DNA of 30,257 nucleotides from a virus: IMG/VR virus record IMGVR_UViG_3300023284_002712, positions 1 to 30,257 of that record; one strand, 5' to 3'. Shown piece by piece: positions 28,169 to 30,257 of this stretch (position 1 is its first letter; each line of letters starts with the position of its first letter). The notes under the pieces were generated by a model. It saw only the letters and a program-made list of their open reading frames with translations, ran no database searches and was not told where the DNA came from. The position numbers and the translations under genes were made by a program.

Positions 28169-28359
28169 AATGTCAAGATTGTAAACAAAGAGAAGGAATA
28201 ATAGAATTTGCAGAGGGTATGTTAGATTTCACTCATGGATTTTCTAAACATATTTGTAGGCAATGTTATATTAAAATTATTGAAGAAAAGAAAAAAGATA
28301 TTGATGAGAATTTAATCGAACAAAGAAAGTTATTGATTACTGAGGGGGGAGAAGAATGA
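28165..28359 (+). CDS. Zinc-ribbon protein (64 aa)
   Basis: ATGA overlap. MKCQDCKQ...HICRQCY. Confidence 0.5.
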   Translation: MKCQDCKQREGIIEFAEGMLDFTHGFSKHICRQCYIKIIEEKKKDIDENLIEQRKLLITEGGEE

Positions 28360-28580
28360 AAATTAAAGTAGAACATTCAGGGGAGGTAGTTAAAATCTTT
28401 AAGGATATGACAAGCGAACTTTATAAATTAGAAATGGGAGATAATATAATTTTTTTGGGGGCAAGTCTTCCTTATGTAAAAGAAAAAGCAGAGATCTTAA
28501 AACAAAATATTGATGAGGTTATGAATATTTTAACTAAAATAGAAAGTCGTAAGTCTGGAGATAAACGAAATGGAACATGA
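28356..28580 (+). CDS. Hypothetical protein (74 aa)
   Basis: ATGA overlap. GGGGGAGAAG lies upstream. Confidence 0.5.
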   Translation: MKIKVEHSGEVVKIFKDMTSELYKLEMGDNIIFLGASLPYVKEKAEILKQNIDEVMNILTKIESRKSGDKRNGT

Positions 28581-28854
28581 AGAAATAATAGCAAAAGAGA
28601 ACATTCTTAATGCTACAACTGGAAGGGCTAAGTTTTGGCATAAAGCAATAGCCGAGGAACATCAAAAATCATGTAAAAGGTTTTTGGAGTTTTTGAAAAA
28701 ATATGAGGGTCTTGGAGATTATAAAGAATTTCAGGATATGGATGAAATGATGAGAGATAAAATCTCAGACCTAAAACAAGCAATTAAACTTTATGATGAA
28801 GTTCCGATTTCAGATGTTTCACGAAACGGAGGGGAAGAATGGAAAATAGTCTAG
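28570..28854 (+). CDS. Hypothetical helical protein (94 aa)
   Basis: 11-nt overlap with the upstream gene. Confidence 0.5.
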   Translation: MEHEEIIAKENILNATTGRAKFWHKAIAEEHQKSCKRFLEFLKKYEGLGDYKEFQDMDEMMRDKISDLKQAIKLYDEVPISDVSRNGGEEWKIV

Positions 28855-29030
28855 GGGTTATGTTGCCCAAATTGGAAGTTGTGGAAACTAGGTGGGAGGT
28901 TAGTGGAAACGGATCAGATTGTGAAAAAAGCAGTCCTAAAACTAATTCTCCTAGTCTAGTGAAAGCTACGGAAGAAATTAAGCGACCTATGACCCCTAGC
29001 ATGTTTTTATTAGGAGAAAACGATGGGTAA
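28839..29030 (+). CDS. Hypothetical protein (63 aa), in a locally GC-richer segment
   Basis: Overlapping starts and stops on both sides fit the operon. A competing antisense ORF exists. Confidence 0.4.
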   Translation: MENSLGVMLPKLEVVETRWEVSGNGSDCEKSSPKTNSPSLVKATEEIKRPMTPSMFLLGENDG

Positions 29031-29250
29031 AGATAAGGAACAGAAATGGGTTGAAATAAGAAATGGGGAAGTTAGAAATGTTTTTAAGAATAGGGAAGAT
29101 GCTGTTAAACATTTTAAGGATCTCCTAAAACAGACTTTAAAAGATTTTAATAAGCAAGATAAACCATGTGAATATGATTACCCTATTAAAATTCCTGAAA
29201 TTGAAATTAAACCTGTGGAGGAAAGAGAATCATATTTAAGTTTATTATAA
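29023..29250 (+). CDS. Hypothetical protein (75 aa)
   Basis: ATG overlaps the upstream 3' end. Confidence 0.5.
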   Translation: MGKDKEQKWVEIRNGEVRNVFKNREDAVKHFKDLLKQTLKDFNKQDKPCEYDYPIKIPEIEIKPVEERESYLSLL

Positions 29251-29274
29251 TAAAATTCGCAAAAGGAGAAAAGA

Positions 29275-29487
29275 ATGGATGAACAAGAAAGAAGAGAAAA
29301 ACAAACTTTATATGAATCGGTAATGTCTGAAGAAGATCTTCAAGGATTTAGAGATAGGGCTAATGCTGAAACAAAAAGACAAGAAGAAAAACCCCATGTG
29401 GAAAGATTACTAGAAAATTACATGACAATTCTTGAAGATGCTTATTATCAAAGAACAACTTCAAGTACGGGGGTAAGAGAAGAATGA
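29275..29487 (+). CDS. Hypothetical charged protein (70 aa)
   Basis: AAAAGGAGAA SD upstream. Confidence 0.5.
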   Translation: MDEQERREKQTLYESVMSEEDLQGFRDRANAETKRQEEKPHVERLLENYMTILEDAYYQRTTSSTGVREE

Positions 29488-29726
29488 AAAAACTTGAAAA
29501 ATTAGCATTAGAAAAATCATCACAAGAACTTGCAGGATTTACTCATGGAATATTATTTGGTTTGCATGGCCTTGCAGTTTATTATAATTTAAGAAGAGGA
29601 CGACCGAAGAGTGCTTTAGTTCATGCAGCAATTGCTTTATACGATGTAGCATCTTTATACAGACATTCTAAGTATCTCTACGACCAAGAAAATCTTGTTG
29701 ATAGATTAAGAGAGGCAGGGATGTGA
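29484..29726 (+). CDS. Hypothetical protein (80 aa) with one hydrophobic segment
   Basis: ATGA overlap. GFTHGILFGLHGLAVYY. Confidence 0.5.
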   Translation: MKKLEKLALEKSSQELAGFTHGILFGLHGLAVYYNLRRGRPKSALVHAAIALYDVASLYRHSKYLYDQENLVDRLREAGM

Positions 29727-29962
29727 AAAGAGAGCCAACAAAACAACAAATAAGACTTTGGAATAAATTAGTTGAAGAAGTATTTGAACATCCCAAATCA
29801 TACTATTCTCTTTTTGTTTATGAAATGATTAAGAGAAGAGTTCTTGGAATTCCTAAAGAAGAGTTTAGGGGTTCTATTAAAGTTCACAAGAAATTAAAAA
29901 TAAATTGTCTTATGTTCAATCCAAAAGAAAAAAGAAGGCCAGTAAAGAGATGGAGAATTTAA
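29723..29962 (+). CDS. Basic hypothetical protein (79 aa), GTG start
   Basis: GTGA overlap with the upstream stop. No ATG nearby. Confidence 0.45.
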   Translation: MKREPTKQQIRLWNKLVEEVFEHPKSYYSLFVYEMIKRRVLGIPKEEFRGSIKVHKKLKINCLMFNPKEKRRPVKRWRI

Positions 29963-30009
29963 TAAAAAGATGGTTTACCTTTTACCATAAAACTAAATAA
30001 AACACATAA

Positions 30010-30018
30010 GTTTATAAA
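30010..30018 (+). promoter_or_regulatory. TATA-like box GTTTATAAA upstream of the junction-spanning gene
   Basis: Same 9-mer as at 20437. The only intergenic gap before ATG 30074. Confidence 0.35.
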
Positions 30019-30073
30019 TAAAGAAAACATAAATAGTTTAGAATTAACATGGAAAAAGGAGTAAAGATTTAAG

Positions 30074-30257
30074 ATGGAACCAGAAATTGTTATGTGGGGA
30101 TTATTTCTTTTTTTTGCTGGATTTATGGTAGCAGGTGTTTTGTTTGATGTTATACTGGTTGAAGATATTGAAATTTCCCAAGAAACAGGGGATGATATTT
30201 GTAAAAACCTAACTGGAAATCAATCTGCAGTAGCTTATGAAATTTTTAATGACAATG
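30074..30257 (+). CDS. 5' portion of junction-spanning small membrane protein gene (full ORF 88 aa, continues at 1-227)
   Basis: ATG 30074 preceded by AAAGGAG. It is in frame with the track ORF 12..227 through the repeat. Hydrophobic N-terminus MEPEIVMWGLFLFFAGFMVAGVLF. Confidence 0.6.
   Translation, partial: MEPEIVMWGLFLFFAGFMVAGVLFDVILVEDIEISQETGDDICKNLTGNQSAVAYEIFNDN
30114..30257. repeat. Right copy of 144-bp exact terminal direct repeat
   Basis: Identical to 1-144. Confidence 0.9.

Larger units (their letters stand above)
1..30113. mobile_element. One complete unit of a circular (or terminally redundant) ~30.1-kb AT-rich viral/episomal genome; best fit is a temperate archaeal spindle-shaped-virus-like element
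   Basis: nt 1-144 = nt 30114-30257 exactly. An ORF (ATG 30074) reads through the junction to a stop at 227. Short co-oriented overlapping ORFs, integrase, two-helix capsid-like protein pair, no housekeeping genes. Confidence 0.7.

Noticed and set aside
28940-28975. CCTAGTCTAGTGAAAGCTACGG resembling a tRNA D-arm
   Set aside because: No cloverleaf can be completed around it, and there is no TTCRA T-loop nearby.
28784-29002. Minus-strand 72-aa ORF in the GC-richer patch
   Set aside because: It would be a lone antisense gene inside a tightly coupled + operon. I kept the + ORF at low confidence; the two cannot be discriminated without expression data.
1-30257. Search for reverse transcriptase/DGR, DNA polymerase, toxin-antitoxin or known defence/anti-defence genes
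   Set aside because: I saw no YxDD-type RT motif, no polymerase motifs and no recognisable toxin fold. Absence is by eye only and needs profile searches.

Overview
The window is one complete copy of an AT-rich genome of about 30.1 kb. Nt 1-144 recur exactly at 30114-30257, giving a unit length of 30,113 bp, and an 88-codon ORF starting at 30074 reads across that junction to a stop at 227. This means a circular molecule, or terminal redundancy. About 75 short ORFs are packed tightly, mostly on the + strand, with many ATGA/TAATG start-stop overlaps. There are no cellular housekeeping genes, rRNA, tRNA or CRISPR array.

The best-supported reading is a temperate archaeal virus of the spindle-shaped (fusellovirus / His1-like) type:
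- Tandem paralogous small capsid-like proteins, each with two hydrophobic helices (16403-17252), followed by a run of extremely basic small proteins.
- A 1173-aa sequon-rich LamG/Ig-like adhesin with C-terminal membrane anchors.
- Many small membrane proteins and zinc ribbons.
- A short tyrosine integrase.
- A ParB-N-like protein and a DUF3631-like P-loop replication ATPase.
- TATA-like boxes about 30 nt upstream of start codons.
- No HK97-type, double-jelly-roll, portal or polymerase genes that I can recognise.

Structure that ordinary gene calls do not explain:
1. About 0.93 kb of non-coding, strongly G/T-skewed sequence holding about 14 TCATAWTCAT cores next to the ParB-like gene.
2. An exact 17-mer, AAGGTAATGTAATTAAA, present four times at promoter position. 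Its GGTAATGT core is also repeated inside that array.
3. A 645-aa protein written in a reduced amino-acid alphabet (virtually no K/N/Y/H/C/W/M) that ends in poly-Lys tails.
4. A cluster of six protamine-like basic ORFs.
5. A 27-bp exact repeat forming the ribosome-binding region of two distant genes.
6. A structured, relatively GC-rich intergenic element with a UUCG tetraloop.

All functional calls come from motifs read by eye. No database search was possible.
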